Position numbers and translations under genes: made by a program. Source: a virus. Taken from it: 64,000 bases of DNA. The notes beneath the pieces are model-generated. The model searched no databases. It saw only the letters and a list, made by a program, of their open reading frames with translations, and had not been told where the DNA came from. The stretch lies in IMG/VR virus record IMGVR_UViG_3300045988_071280; one strand, written 5' to 3'. This document shows positions 28,764-37,991 of the stretch, piece by piece (position 1 is the first letter of the stretch; every line of letters begins with the position of its first letter).

Positions 28764-29774
28764 TTATTTACTAGCTTTACTAGTAGGTTTACTTTTATTT
28801 TCTAATGAAGTTTTTTCAGCATCTTCTAAATCTTTTAATATTTCAGAATCGGATTTAGAATCATCCAAAAAACTTTGTGTTGAAGATACTTCATTCCGCG
28901 CTTTTAAATCCTCAATTCTTTTATTATCCTCAGAAATAGCTTCTATAATTACATCTTTATCTTTTACAGAGATTTCTTGAATCTCTCTTAAAATCCTATC
29001 AGTAATAAGTTTGTTCTTAGGATTCTTCATAAAATCAATACAAGAATCTGCATCTCTACCTATAATATCGTTATCATTATAAGTATATAATCCAGCTTTC
29101 TGTCTCAAAATACCTTTTTGCTTAGCATATGTAAATGCAATTAGATATTTAGTATCATTACTTTCAAATAAAGAAATAATCTTATCAGCATCTTTCTTAG
29201 CAATTTCTGTTAAGAATTCTTCTATTTCCTCATCATAAGCATCTTTTATATATTTACCTAAAAGCATTGCTCTAATTCTTAAAGCATCTCTTGAGGCGTT
29301 GTAGATATAATTTAATGCTTTATTTAATTTCCTTGAGGCCGTATTACGTTTCTTAGTATCCTCAATAATGCGTTCTACATAATAAACTGCTTGAGGTCCG
29401 ATTTTCTCCTCTGGTCCTACTAACATTTTACCACTTTCATCAAATTTCCCTCTATTATCAAAAATAAGATCAGAGAATTTAATAGCTTCCCATTGTTTTG
29501 CTTTTATAGGATTACTCAAATCAAATTCATCTCCATCTTTAATAAAGAATCTATCAGTAGTACGAACGAAGTAATCCAAAGGATTATCATCCTTACCTAA
29601 GATAATATTTCCGGATGAATCTACATTTCTAACACAAGAAGGATATTCTCTTGTTAATGGATTTTTAACTGGGGAAATTGACATCCCAGCATGATTAGGA
29701 CCAAAACGGCTACGTAAATGTATTACCGTATCTAATTCTTCTTTTAAAGCAGTTACACTTATACTCATATTCAT
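28764..29774 (-). CDS. structural protein with acidic C-terminal tail, 336 aa
   Basis: First ORF after the terminator that follows the capsid gene. No motif recognised. Confidence 0.45.
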   Translation of the reverse strand: MNMSISVTALKEELDTVIHLRSRFGPNHAGMSISPVKNPLTREYPSCVRNVDSSGNIILGKDDNPLDYFVRTTDRFFIKDGDEFDLSNPIKAKQWEAIKFSDLIFDNRGKFDESGKMLVGPEEKIGPQAVYYVERIIEDTKKRNTASRKLNKALNYIYNASRDALRIRAMLLGKYIKDAYDEEIEEFLTEIAKKDADKIISLFESNDTKYLIAFTYAKQKGILRQKAGLYTYNDNDIIGRDADSCIDFMKNPKNKLITDRILREIQEISVKDKDVIIEAISEDNKRIEDLKARNEVSSTQSFLDDSKSDSEILKDLEDAEKTSLENKSKPTSKASK

Positions 29775-29792
29775 TGATCATTAAATGTTTAA

Positions 29793-29824
29793 ATTTAAAA
29801 TAAAGAGGGTTGTTAGCCCTCTTT
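29793..29824 (-). terminator. rho-independent terminator after the last capsid-gene exon
   Basis: On the minus strand, AAGAGGG-CTAACAA-CCCTCTT is followed by TATTTT. It starts 8 nt after the exon 5 stop codon (29834-29832). Confidence 0.7.
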
Positions 29825-29831
29825 ATATTTA

Positions 29832-29967
29832 TTATAGCGGATTCTGTCTAAAGATAACAGAACGATAGGGTGCGTATACTGATACCCCACTATAACCCCA
29901 GTAAATCATACGACTGCCAGCTACAGGAGTACTTGCAGTTCCGCCTGAGATACCATCTAATCCCCCA
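29832..29967 (-). CDS. major capsid protein (putative), exon 5 of 5
   Basis: Not in the ORF track. After the omega-G at 29968, the minus strand reads T GGG GGA TTA ... CCG CTA TAA, which encodes GGLDGISGGTASTPVAGSRMIYWGYSGVSVYAPYRSVIFRQNPL*. The leading T completes the GT left open by exon 4. Confidence 0.75.
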
Positions 29968-30275
29968 CGTATTTTTCTTATATTTTCATATAAGCCAGAC
30001 TATATCATTAACTTATATTCTATTACCGTCTATAAGTTACCTCCCGTTTCCATATTTAACAATATGTACTCTACTCATTTATTCTCTAATATATTTCTTA
30101 TTAGATATATTTTCGATAGTCGTTGAACTTTGAATAAATATTTAAATAATATTTAAGCCTTAGCTGCTGATTAACATGTAGTAATTAATATGGACAATAC
30201 TATTTAGCCTTCCAGCAATTAGAGAGGTTTAATTTTTCTACATATCACTATGTAGCGGCGCTAGAGGAGTAGTTA
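29968..30275 (-). mobile_element. group I intron (P/Q/R/S family), ORF-less, 308 nt
   Basis: Minus-strand core elements: P AATTGCTGG (30212-30220), Q AATCAGCAGC (30163-30172), R GTTCAACGACTA (30117-30128), S GATATAGTC (29998-30006). P1 pairs exon GGCGU with AGCGCC and carries a U.G. A P2 hairpin CTACAT/ATGTAG follows. The omega-G is at 29968. Confidence 0.8.
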
Positions 30276-30760
30276 ACGCCAATTACATCAGTTTTTATCA
30301 TATCACAGCCTTTGAATGTCCAAGATTCAATAGCTGGTTTTCCGTTAGCTAAATCCGGAGTAAGATCTAGAATAAATCCAAATGCTTGATCAGGATATTC
30401 TATATTTAAAGCCTTATCCGGCATAAAGGTTATCGTATTACCTTGATATTCATAGCTAACAAAAGTATTACCTACTTTAATACCATCAACCGTTTCACCT
30501 ACTTTCTTCTTAACACCAGAAGATTTACTATACATCAAAGTAGCAGTAGGAGTCCATTTTCCAATTTCATCCATTAAGTTATCACCAACCTGATTCCAAA
30601 GTAAAGAGTTACAGATTAATACATAATCATTGCCAGTTAAATTCTTTGCCTTAGAGGTTAAGAAACTTAATGCTTCTTTGAAGTGTGAAGTAAGTAATTG
30701 ATCGAAAGAGATTAAGTATGCGTATCTTTCTATTTGAGGAATAATTCCATCGCCTATATA
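30276..30760 (-). CDS. major capsid protein (putative), exon 4 of 5
   Basis: Corresponds to track ORF 30248-30763, which needs a GTG pseudo-start. The exon is 485 nt, starts in phase 0 (YIGDGIIPQ...) and ends ...KTDVIGV with GT open. The ORF tail YSSSAAT* is read-through into the intron. Confidence 0.75.
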
Positions 30761-32127
30761 CACTATTTATACTTTATATTACTATAAAGATTAGACTATA
30801 TCTTTAACTTATCATTAATTTAAATACTTAAATAAATATCCTTTACAAGTTTTTCCTCTTCCTTTTAAAACTCTTCCACAACCTGGATATTGCTTACTAC
30901 ATTCTCCTACAGTTTTAAAAGTTTCTAATAATTCTCCATCTAAAGAATATCTTCCGACCATTCTTCCGGTATGAAGATACTTAGAAGATTCTTTATTTGG
31001 CATGGCTGGAATTTTTTCTATACTCCATTGATAACCTTGCCAAGTTCTATTTAATTTAATTGCACTACTAATACCCTTTTTTCCTAAAGCTCTTTCAGCT
31101 TCTGCAAAAGAACTATATTCATTTAAATATTCCCCAGAAAGGGAATATTGATATACAGGAGTATTTTTTAATTGCTTACATTTAGCTCTAGAATAATTAC
31201 CTTCTAATTCGTAAGATACATATTTATTATTTATCAAATATCCAGCTTTTATTGCTCTAATAACATTTCCTGTTGCAGAATTTAATTCTTTAGCAGCATC
31301 AGTTATAGATTGATAAAATTTTTCATAATTTCCATCTTTATCATATTGATAAACAGGAATTTTATGTTGATCAATAATAAAGTCTTTTGGATTTACTGAT
31401 TTAAATTTTTCAGTTGTCCATAGATATTTAGCACAAGGATGTTTTGTCATTATAGCAATACTTAATGTTGTATAATATCTATCTACAGCTCTTGAAGCAT
31501 CTGCAATAGATTTATATTCATTTATATATTCTCCTTCTAAAGAATATTGATATACAGCTTTAGCATTTACTCCTCTATCTCCCCCATTTCCTCCTAAAGC
31601 AGTGTTATACACATCCTTTCTTTTTAAAAATTCTTCATTAACAATAATTGATTCTAAATAATAAGCATCTTCTTCATTATCAAAAACTTGGATAGTTTTT
31701 CTAATAAAGGCTTTTACTCCATATTTATTAACAGCAGCTTGAAATACTGTTTTACTGAATTTATATGTAGAAGGTTGATTTATAACAACCCCACATCCTA
31801 AATACCCATCAAAAATATCTGGATTTTCGGTTTGATGTACTCCCACATATATTTTTTTATTAATTGTGTTAGTAGTTAGATATACTATATATTTCATATT
31901 TAAATTTTTATAAGTTAATTCCCATTTCCAGATAAAATCTGTACTCCTTGCGGATAGTCGTTGAACGTTCCTTTTGCGTTACTCAAAGAGCCTACTTATC
32001 AAAAGGCTTCGCTGCTGATTGTCTTTAAGTAGCAGATTAAAGATATTCCAGCAATTAAAGAATTTAATTTATCATACTGTTTCCAGTATGCGACCCATGT
32101 TTAACATAGACGTTTGTTAAAAGTCCC
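30761..32127 (-). mobile_element. group I intron (P/Q/R/S family) carrying a GIY-YIG homing endonuclease gene, 1367 nt
   Basis: Core elements: P 32048-32056, Q 32011-32020, R 31955-31966, S 30794-30802. P1 pairs exon GACCU with GGGUC. P2 is CATACTG-GAAA-CAGTATG. The ORF sits between R and S, i.e. in a P8-type position. Confidence 0.8.
30815..31897 (-). CDS. GIY-YIG homing endonuclease with four NUMOD/IENR1-like repeats, 360 aa
   Basis: The N-terminus MKYIVYLTTN...KIYVGVHQT...YLGCG...AVNKYG...FDNEEDAYYLE follows the GIY-(10-11)-YIG pattern. Four ~45-aa repeats of the type VYQYSLxGEYxNEY...A follow. The ORF lies wholly inside the intron. Confidence 0.85.
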   Translation of the reverse strand: MKYIVYLTTNTINKKIYVGVHQTENPDIFDGYLGCGVVINQPSTYKFSKTVFQAAVNKYGVKAFIRKTIQVFDNEEDAYYLESIIVNEEFLKRKDVYNTALGGNGGDRGVNAKAVYQYSLEGEYINEYKSIADASRAVDRYYTTLSIAIMTKHPCAKYLWTTEKFKSVNPKDFIIDQHKIPVYQYDKDGNYEKFYQSITDAAKELNSATGNVIRAIKAGYLINNKYVSYELEGNYSRAKCKQLKNTPVYQYSLSGEYLNEYSSFAEAERALGKKGISSAIKLNRTWQGYQWSIEKIPAMPNKESSKYLHTGRMVGRYSLDGELLETFKTVGECSKQYPGCGRVLKGRGKTCKGYLFKYLN

Positions 32128-32408
32128 AGGTCTCTGCGTTTGCGGGTCCACGATTGTAGCTTTCCCGTTGGCATCCACGTTACTGCGTGCCCAAAGATCG
32201 TGTTTAGCTTTAACTTCTAAGAAATTCTCAATAAGAGTCTTTTCCATTGAAGTCATAGTAAACAATTTTTCACTTCCTTTAGTTTCCGTATCACTAATTT
32301 TCAAGAATACATCTTCATTAGCTAAATAAGCTTGAGATGCATCAATATCATTTCTATGTAAAGTCAAGTAATTACGATGAACCTCCATATTAGATTGATA
32401 TTTTGTAG
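32128..32408 (-). CDS. major capsid protein (putative), exon 3 of 5
   Basis: Corresponds to track ORF 32101-32388. The exon is 281 nt, CT + 93 codons, encoding (S)TKYQSNMEVHRNY...DPQTQRP. The ORF tail GTFNKRLC* is intron read-through. Confidence 0.75.
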
Positions 32409-32639
32409 CGTTAGTACTTTATATCACTATAAAGATTAGACTATATCTTAATCTTATTATATAAGATCTTCTCTGCTTCGGAATTAAATATTCCTACTCC
32501 ATATTGGATAGTCGTTGAACGTTCTATATTGTATTTAAATACTCATATAGCTTCGCTGCTGATTGTCTTTAAATAAGATGTTCCAGCAATTCAGAGAATG
32601 TTTCAATATTTATTACTAAATAAAGGGGCCTACAATTTA
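32409..32639 (-). mobile_element. group I intron (P/Q/R/S family), ORF-less, 231 nt
   Basis: Core elements: P 32583-32591, Q 32555-32564, R 32509-32520, S 32439-32447. P1 pairs exon GGGU with GCCC. P2 is TATTTA-GTAA-TAAATA. The omega-G is at 32409. Confidence 0.8.
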
Positions 32640-32929
32640 ACCCAAAGTCGTGATAATCAAACGGATGAGCATTTGATAAGAAGTGAGTAGTCATACCCGG
32701 CTGACATGCGGAAGTATCCAAATATGACTGATAATCATTATCAATCAATCGAACAGTATATTCATAGAATTTATTACTCCTCCAAATTGGACGAGAAGTA
32801 ACATAACACTGTTGATGTGATTTATCTATTACAAAAATATCATGTTTATCATAGTATTTTTCCTTAAACAGCATCTTAATTTCTGTCCCTCCAATTCCAT
32901 CACCTTCGGGAACAGCGTAAAAAGGAATA
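32640..32929 (-). CDS. major capsid protein (putative), exon 2 of 5
   Basis: Corresponds to track ORF 32569-32874, and the frame stays open 18 codons further upstream. The exon is 290 nt: 1 + 96 codons + 1, encoding IPFYAVPEGDGIGGTEIKMLFKEK...HPFDYHDFG. Confidence 0.7.
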
Positions 32930-34223
32930 CGTTTAATGAACTATTCTATTTAAAGAATTTAGACTATATCATTTACTTATTTATGATATTTAAAGATATA
33001 ATCCTTATAATATTTATCACCCATCTGAATATTTTTTAATTTACTAGATGGGATATTGTATTTTTCTCTTACATCTTTTATACTATCTAAAGTCTCTATA
33101 TAATTTCCAAATGTATCATATATATCAATCGTTATTCCTTTAGAATAATATTTATCCGGAATATTTATTACTTCTGTGGTTGATATATAATAATCCTTAT
33201 ACCATCCATTATTATATAATATCACATTCTTAATTTTATTCCAAGAATGGAGCTTTATAACCTTCATCACCATCTTACCCTTAAATTGTCCTATATAAAC
33301 TCCATCTTTATTATATACATGATATATTAAATTCTTATAATTTGCTCTAGTTTTTGGAATAAATTCATCAACCAATTTATTAGATATATAATACTTATCT
33401 AATACCAAAGATTGATTTTTAATAGCTTTATTTATATCTAAATCTCCAAGATATTTAATACATTCATCCTTATCTAAGAACTCATTTAATAATTTCCCTT
33501 TTTTAGTATATAAATAAATAGTATTATTTAATTTATTTAAAGAATATTTAATAACATCTATCTCCGGTTCTAATGACCAATAGGAATTAAGAAATTTAGA
33601 TTTATTACTTATCGCGAATTGAAATTTTTTAGGAGATTCTCCATAAAAATCATATGCTTCTAAGGAATAATTCCATTTCTTCTCTAATTCTCCAGTTGTA
33701 TTAAATTGATATAAAGGAGATATGTTATTTACACTAGAACAATAATTATACGTATGATCGGAATTTAAAAAAGTATCATTAACTAATTCTAATTCCTTTT
33801 CATATGCCTCTTCTGGAGTATTAAATATATATAATATAGTCCTCTCAAAAGCCTTCGTCCCATATTTTTTAACAGCATATTGGAACGGAGTTTTTGGATA
33901 CATAAAAGTACTTGGTTGATTTATATAAACTCCAGATCCTAAATACCCATCAAAAATATCCGGATTTTCGGTTTGATGTATTCCGATATAAATTTTATTT
34001 AATTCTCCAACTTTAGATTTTAAATTTTTAGTAAGATATACAATATATTTCATAAGTAATTCAGTTTTTCAATCTTATTTATAAGATTTACAGGTTTCCC
34101 TTAGTCGTTGAACACTACTTTCATCAAAGTCATGCTGCTGATTGTCTCTAGTAGCAGTAAAGATTCCCAGCAATTTAAAGAATTTATTGTGAACCTCATT
34201 GATTCACATCCACGTCCCACTCA
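32930..34223 (-). mobile_element. group I intron (P/Q/R/S family) carrying a GIY-YIG homing endonuclease gene, ~1294 nt
   Basis: Core elements: P 34167-34175, Q 34134-34143, R 34102-34113, S 32962-32970. The omega-G is at 32930. The 5' splice site is ambiguous: 34224 (P1 CUAU/GUGG) and 34230 are both phase-compatible. Confidence 0.75.
32977..34053 (-). CDS. GIY-YIG homing endonuclease, 358 aa (paralog of 30815-31897)
   Basis: The N-terminal ~95 aa are clearly homologous to the other intron ORF (MKYIVYLTKN...IYIGIHQTENPDIFDGYLGSGV...AVKKYGTKAF). The C-terminal DNA-binding part has diverged. Confidence 0.85.
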   Translation of the reverse strand: MKYIVYLTKNLKSKVGELNKIYIGIHQTENPDIFDGYLGSGVYINQPSTFMYPKTPFQYAVKKYGTKAFERTILYIFNTPEEAYEKELELVNDTFLNSDHTYNYCSSVNNISPLYQFNTTGELEKKWNYSLEAYDFYGESPKKFQFAISNKSKFLNSYWSLEPEIDVIKYSLNKLNNTIYLYTKKGKLLNEFLDKDECIKYLGDLDINKAIKNQSLVLDKYYISNKLVDEFIPKTRANYKNLIYHVYNKDGVYIGQFKGKMVMKVIKLHSWNKIKNVILYNNGWYKDYYISTTEVINIPDKYYSKGITIDIYDTFGNYIETLDSIKDVREKYNIPSSKLKNIQMGDKYYKDYIFKYHK

Positions 34224-34441
34224 ATAGCAAAAGCATCAATACTCTTACGTCCGGGCTTAGGAATATCTTGATAAACCATATTTTCAATTCTCTCAGTTAA
34301 AGCTGATACAGTATGTCCGGGACATAAAGATGCAGCTAAACCTACTCTATGAGTAATTCGTCCCAAGAATTGGGAGAAATCATGAAAAGTTCTTGAGCCA
34401 TTCATATTGGCTCGATTTGAAATGTATTCTGCTACAAACAT
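34224..34441 (-). CDS. major capsid protein (putative), exon 1 of 5
   Basis: Corresponds to track ORF 34196-34441. The ATG lies 18 nt after the scaffold-like gene. The exon ends in phase 2. The boundary is uncertain by 6 nt. Confidence 0.65.
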
Positions 34442-34459
34442 TTTAAATTAAATTTAGAT

Positions 34460-35527
34460 CTAATCCTTTAGGTTAAGAAAACTTTTTAAATCTGAATTTT
34501 CTGTTTTATTATCTTTACCTGTTGATAGATTAGATGTGTTATTACTACGTTTTTTATTTTTAAGTTTATTTAATTTCTCTAGTCTATTCTTTAGGTACTC
34601 TTCATCGTTAAGTACATTATTATAATGTTCATGGATAGCTTCAATTAGTTCATCTCCATGAGTAGCATAAAATGCTAATTTAAATAATGTATCTGGATTA
34701 TCTAAATCACTTGCAAGTTTTGTCCTTCCCGTAATCTGGGGTTTAGTTATATAATCCATTGTACTATCTATATCTGATTCTTCAAGGTCAAAACCTCCAA
34801 TAGTCTTAATATTTTTTCCAGCCTCTCTAAGAGTACCTATTATCTTATTTAATTCTTCCTCAGATAACTGAGAATCTTGTTCTTCTTTCTGTTTAGCTTC
34901 GGCAGCTAATCTTTCTTCTTCTGCTTTATATATCTCACGTAATTTATTAACCTTTTTCTCAAAAGATTCAGAATTTTCTTTAGCTTTATTTACTTCATCA
35001 ACTAATTCATCTTCTGTTAAAATATCTCCGTAATTATTTTTCATATATAAAGCATATATATCCTCATCTGATAATTCATCTACCTTATAAACGGCTCCTT
35101 CATTTGCTAAATATTCCTCAATTCCTTTCTGTTTGTAATAATTTACTAAAGATTCAGAGTTAAGGTTATTTTCACGCATAAATGTAAGAAGATTTATCTC
35201 ATCGTCGTCTAGGTTATAATCATCTTCTTCTAAATTAAGAAGTTCTATTTGTTCTTCTCTACTTAACTCAGTAAATGGGACACTGTGAATTACTCCAGTT
35301 TCAGTATCCTCTATTTTTATATTATTAAAATCTATTCCTCTAGATTTAAGAACAGACTCTAATAAAGATTGTTCGTCTATAACAAGAGAAGTATTCTCCT
35401 TTGTATTAACTTCCTCTTGGGAAGTATCTTTTTTATCATCCACATTCTCCTCAGATGATTTTTGAGGAGTAGATTCTTCGTCTAATGAGTTGAAGATATC
35501 TAAATCATTTTCATATTCCATATACAA
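34460..35527 (-). CDS. scaffolding-like protein, 355 aa
   Basis: Very acidic, E/D/K-rich and coiled-coil-like (AEEERLAAEAKQKEEQ). It lies immediately upstream of the capsid gene. Confidence 0.55.
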   Translation of the reverse strand: MYMEYENDLDIFNSLDEESTPQKSSEENVDDKKDTSQEEVNTKENTSLVIDEQSLLESVLKSRGIDFNNIKIEDTETGVIHSVPFTELSREEQIELLNLEEDDYNLDDDEINLLTFMRENNLNSESLVNYYKQKGIEEYLANEGAVYKVDELSDEDIYALYMKNNYGDILTEDELVDEVNKAKENSESFEKKVNKLREIYKAEEERLAAEAKQKEEQDSQLSEEELNKIIGTLREAGKNIKTIGGFDLEESDIDSTMDYITKPQITGRTKLASDLDNPDTLFKLAFYATHGDELIEAIHEHYNNVLNDEEYLKNRLEKLNKLKNKKRSNNTSNLSTGKDNKTENSDLKSFLNLKD

Positions 35528-35533
35528 TATTTA

Positions 35534-35824
35534 TTACAGAAGTTCTATATATTCCCCAAACTCTGCTAAAGACTTCTTTCTAATATTAAAAGGAGTAGAG
35601 GAAATAGTTTCTTTAAGAGAATTTTTATATTTATCATCTAATTCAAATGATTCTGATTCTACATTCTCTTCTAAAATTTTCATAATCTCTAAATCTCTTT
35701 TAATTGTAGATAAAGTTAAAGCTTTTTGGCTCGGAACTTCATAACAAAATAACATCAAACTTACATAATTAGCTGGACGTTGTGCATCCACTTTAATGTC
35801 AATAGGCTTATTTTCAATAATCAT
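35534..35824 (-). CDS. hypothetical protein, 96 aa
   Basis: ORF at the head of the scaffold-capsid operon, preceded by a promoter-like motif. Confidence 0.45.
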   Translation of the reverse strand: MIIENKPIDIKVDAQRPANYVSLMLFCYEVPSQKALTLSTIKRDLEIMKILEENVESESFELDDKYKNSLKETISSTPFNIRKKSLAEFGEYIELL

Positions 35825-35852
35825 AGTTCATTAATTTTTAGTTATTCATCCA

Positions 35853-35860
35853 CAAAAGTA
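35853..35860 (-). promoter_or_regulatory. Bacteroidota-type -7 promoter element (TAnnTTTG)
   Basis: The minus strand reads TACTTTTG about 29 nt upstream of the ATG at 35824, in a 75-nt intergenic gap. Confidence 0.35.
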
Positions 35861-35899
35861 GATAATATTTGTATGTAATACAATAAATAAATAAAAATT

Positions 35900-36517
35900 T
35901 TATTTTTTAATTTTATACGATTGTATCTTTATCTTATCTTTAAAACAATCAGATGTTGCAGTAATTTTACTAATATAATGATTCCGGAATCCTATTATAT
36001 TATATCCAAATTCTTTTCTTTTCTTAAAATTATACCAATATATAATATCTCTATAGTCTATTATAGTTATATTTATATCAAAATCTAAAGAATCTATAGT
36101 AAGATACAATTTCTCATTATTAATTTCTAGAGTTTCATGTAATGTAATACAATCAATAGATTTAATTATCGGAATACAAGTGTCTTTTATTATTTCAATA
36201 TTATTTAATATAGTATCTCTAATTACTTTAGTTGTGTTTATATTAGCTTTAATTACATTGTCTAATTGTTTAATTTTTAAATCTTTTTTCTCTAATTCCG
36301 ATTTAAGTAAAGAATCCTTTGATAAAATTATTCTTTTAAATTGTTTCTCTGTTACGATATGTACTTGTTGAAGAGAATCTATTGTACATAATTCTGAGGT
36401 ATGAATATCTTTTAAATCTCTAATTTCTCTAGATTGTTTATCTACCAGTTTTATTAAATATATTAAGGATATGATAAAGATTCCTAATGTAATATATTTA
36501 ATTAGTATTGTTTTCAT
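35900..36517 (-). CDS. N-terminally membrane-anchored protein (spanin/lysis-accessory-like), 205 aa
   Basis: It has an N-terminal TM helix (LIKYITLGIFIISLIYLIKL) followed by a coiled region. It overlaps the holin-like ORF by 20 nt. Confidence 0.4.
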   Translation of the reverse strand: MKTILIKYITLGIFIISLIYLIKLVDKQSREIRDLKDIHTSELCTIDSLQQVHIVTEKQFKRIILSKDSLLKSELEKKDLKIKQLDNVIKANINTTKVIRDTILNNIEIIKDTCIPIIKSIDCITLHETLEINNEKLYLTIDSLDFDINITIIDYRDIIYWYNFKKRKEFGYNIIGFRNHYISKITATSDCFKDKIKIQSYKIKK

Positions 36518-36752
36518 TATTATTAGATTTATTTATATTCTTTCTCCATATAGATGTAATAGTGTCAGCTCCTAATAGAGTAGTACTACATATGAAGAGC
36601 ATATCTACTATTTCTGGGGATTCTATCACTTTTATTGTGCACCATACACATATAAATAAACAAACTACCCACCCAAAAAATCCACATACTCTCTTAGAAC
36701 TTAATCCAGAATGAGCTGTGAACATCTTAATAAAGAAATTATTACAGTTCAT
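36498..36752 (-). CDS. holin-like small membrane protein, 84 aa
   Basis: Two hydrophobic helices (VCGFFGWVVCLFICVWCTI and IVDMLFICSTTLLGA) are followed by a charged, polar C-terminal tail. Confidence 0.45.
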   Translation of the reverse strand: MNCNNFFIKMFTAHSGLSSKRVCGFFGWVVCLFICVWCTIKVIESPEIVDMLFICSTTLLGADTITSIWRKNINKSNNNENNTN

Positions 36753-36753
36753 C

Positions 36754-36897
36754 TTATTTATTTAATAAAGTATTTAATTTAGATAGTATAAGAGTTAATA
36801 ATTCATTATTCTCTTTTACATAATCTAATATACATAGTATTTGTTGGGATTGAGGACATTTATCACATCCTTTACATTCCCTTAAAGAATCTTCCAT
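36754..36897 (-). CDS. possible small Cys-containing protein, 47 aa
   Basis: Unlisted ORF MEDSLRECKGCDKCPQSQQILCILDYVKENNELLTLILSKLNTLLNK*. It fills the gap exactly, and its stop lies 1 nt before the next ATG. Confidence 0.3.
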   Translation of the reverse strand: MEDSLRECKGCDKCPQSQQILCILDYVKENNELLTLILSKLNTLLNK

Positions 36898-36901
36898 ATT
36901 A

Positions 36902-37672
36902 TTAAGCGTCTATTGTTAAATATTCTATAACCATTCTAGGATTATTATAATCTATATTAACTTGTATACCTCCAATTTGTAGTCCAGTAGAATCTAATGG
37001 AATAGCATTAACATTTCCAAAATCCCATAAAAGTACTCTTATACTATTTGATTCATTGATATGATATAACTTATTATTTATATATTCTATTGTGAAAATA
37101 TTAGCTTCTCCCATATTTCCTCCATATATTATAGGATGATTAATTGGATCAGCATTTCCATTAACGTCTTGTACTACTATTTTAATTGTTGAGTTAGTAG
37201 TATCTGTACTTCTTAATATACTTAAATACTTTTTATCATTAGTATCTGATACTAAAAGAGTTAATAAACAATTATAAGAATTTTCAGAACTTCCAATAGC
37301 AGTAATAGTATATCTAAAAGAAACTCTCCAATTATTTTTTCGATTCTCGAATAGATTAGCTATTAATATAGATGAATAATCTTTCATAAACATAGCTCCA
37401 TAACTATTATGCTGAATTAATCCTAATTCTTGAATAAATGAAGTAACAGAAGATGTAGTTGTATTAGATACTCCATCATATAAAAAAATCTGAGATAATA
37501 TTTTAATTATATCATTATCTGCTGGAAAATCATATAAACTATAACTACTAAGTGGAGTAGGATCGGCTCCAGAAAGAATAGCTCCATCTTTATGTATAAA
37601 ATTCATATTTGTACTACTAGGAGATCCTAATCTATTAGCAGCATCTTTAAGAGTTAAAAAATCCTTACTCAT
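36902..37672 (-). CDS. receptor-binding-like tail protein, 256 aa
   Basis: The N-terminal ~60 aa (MSKDFLTLKDAANRLG...ADPTPLSSY) are homologous to the N-terminus of 39125-40180. The C-terminal part is unrelated. Confidence 0.5.
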   Translation of the reverse strand: MSKDFLTLKDAANRLGSPSSTNMNFIHKDGAILSGADPTPLSSYSLYDFPADNDIIKILSQIFLYDGVSNTTTSSVTSFIQELGLIQHNSYGAMFMKDYSSILIANLFENRKNNWRVSFRYTITAIGSSENSYNCLLTLLVSDTNDKKYLSILRSTDTTNSTIKIVVQDVNGNADPINHPIIYGGNMGEANIFTIEYINNKLYHINESNSIRVLLWDFGNVNAIPLDSTGLQIGGIQVNIDYNNPRMVIEYLTIDA

Positions 37673-37676
37673 ATTT

Positions 37677-37991
37677 CTAAGTTTTAGTTCCGAATACTAT
37701 CCAATCTATAGTTTTTGGATCTTTTCCTCCACTATACAATTCTATATATGTCTTTGTTACACCCATAACATTACAAGAATATCCAGCTTCGTTATTTCCC
37801 CGAAATGAACATACAGCAGTTCTTGGTATATAATCTCCTTGTAACGATACTCTAGTTTCAGTATGTCCCTCACATAAAGTACTTCCCATCTCGAATACTA
37901 AAGGACCTAATGTCATAACTACATGACCTGGTCTAGTTATATCATGTTGAGTCTCTAATATATTATCTAATTCCGTTATAAACTCCGCCAT
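37677..37991 (-). CDS. small fibre-associated paralog A, 104 aa
   Basis: Starts MAEFITELDN and ends GGKDPKTIDWIVFG. It belongs to a four-gene tandem paralog set. Confidence 0.5.
   Translation of the reverse strand: MAEFITELDNILETQHDITRPGHVVMTLGPLVFEMGSTLCEGHTETRVSLQGDYIPRTAVCSFRGNNEAGYSCNVMGVTKTYIELYSGGKDPKTIDWIVFGTKT

Noticed and set aside
29775-34195. The tails of the exon ORFs (YSSSAAT*, GTFNKRLC*, LNCRPLYLVINIETFSELLEHLI*, and the few codons before the stop at 34196) could be genuine C-termini of small proteins.
   Set aside because: These tails begin exactly at the predicted 5' splice sites and run through the P1/P2/P elements of the introns. They are read-through into intron RNA.
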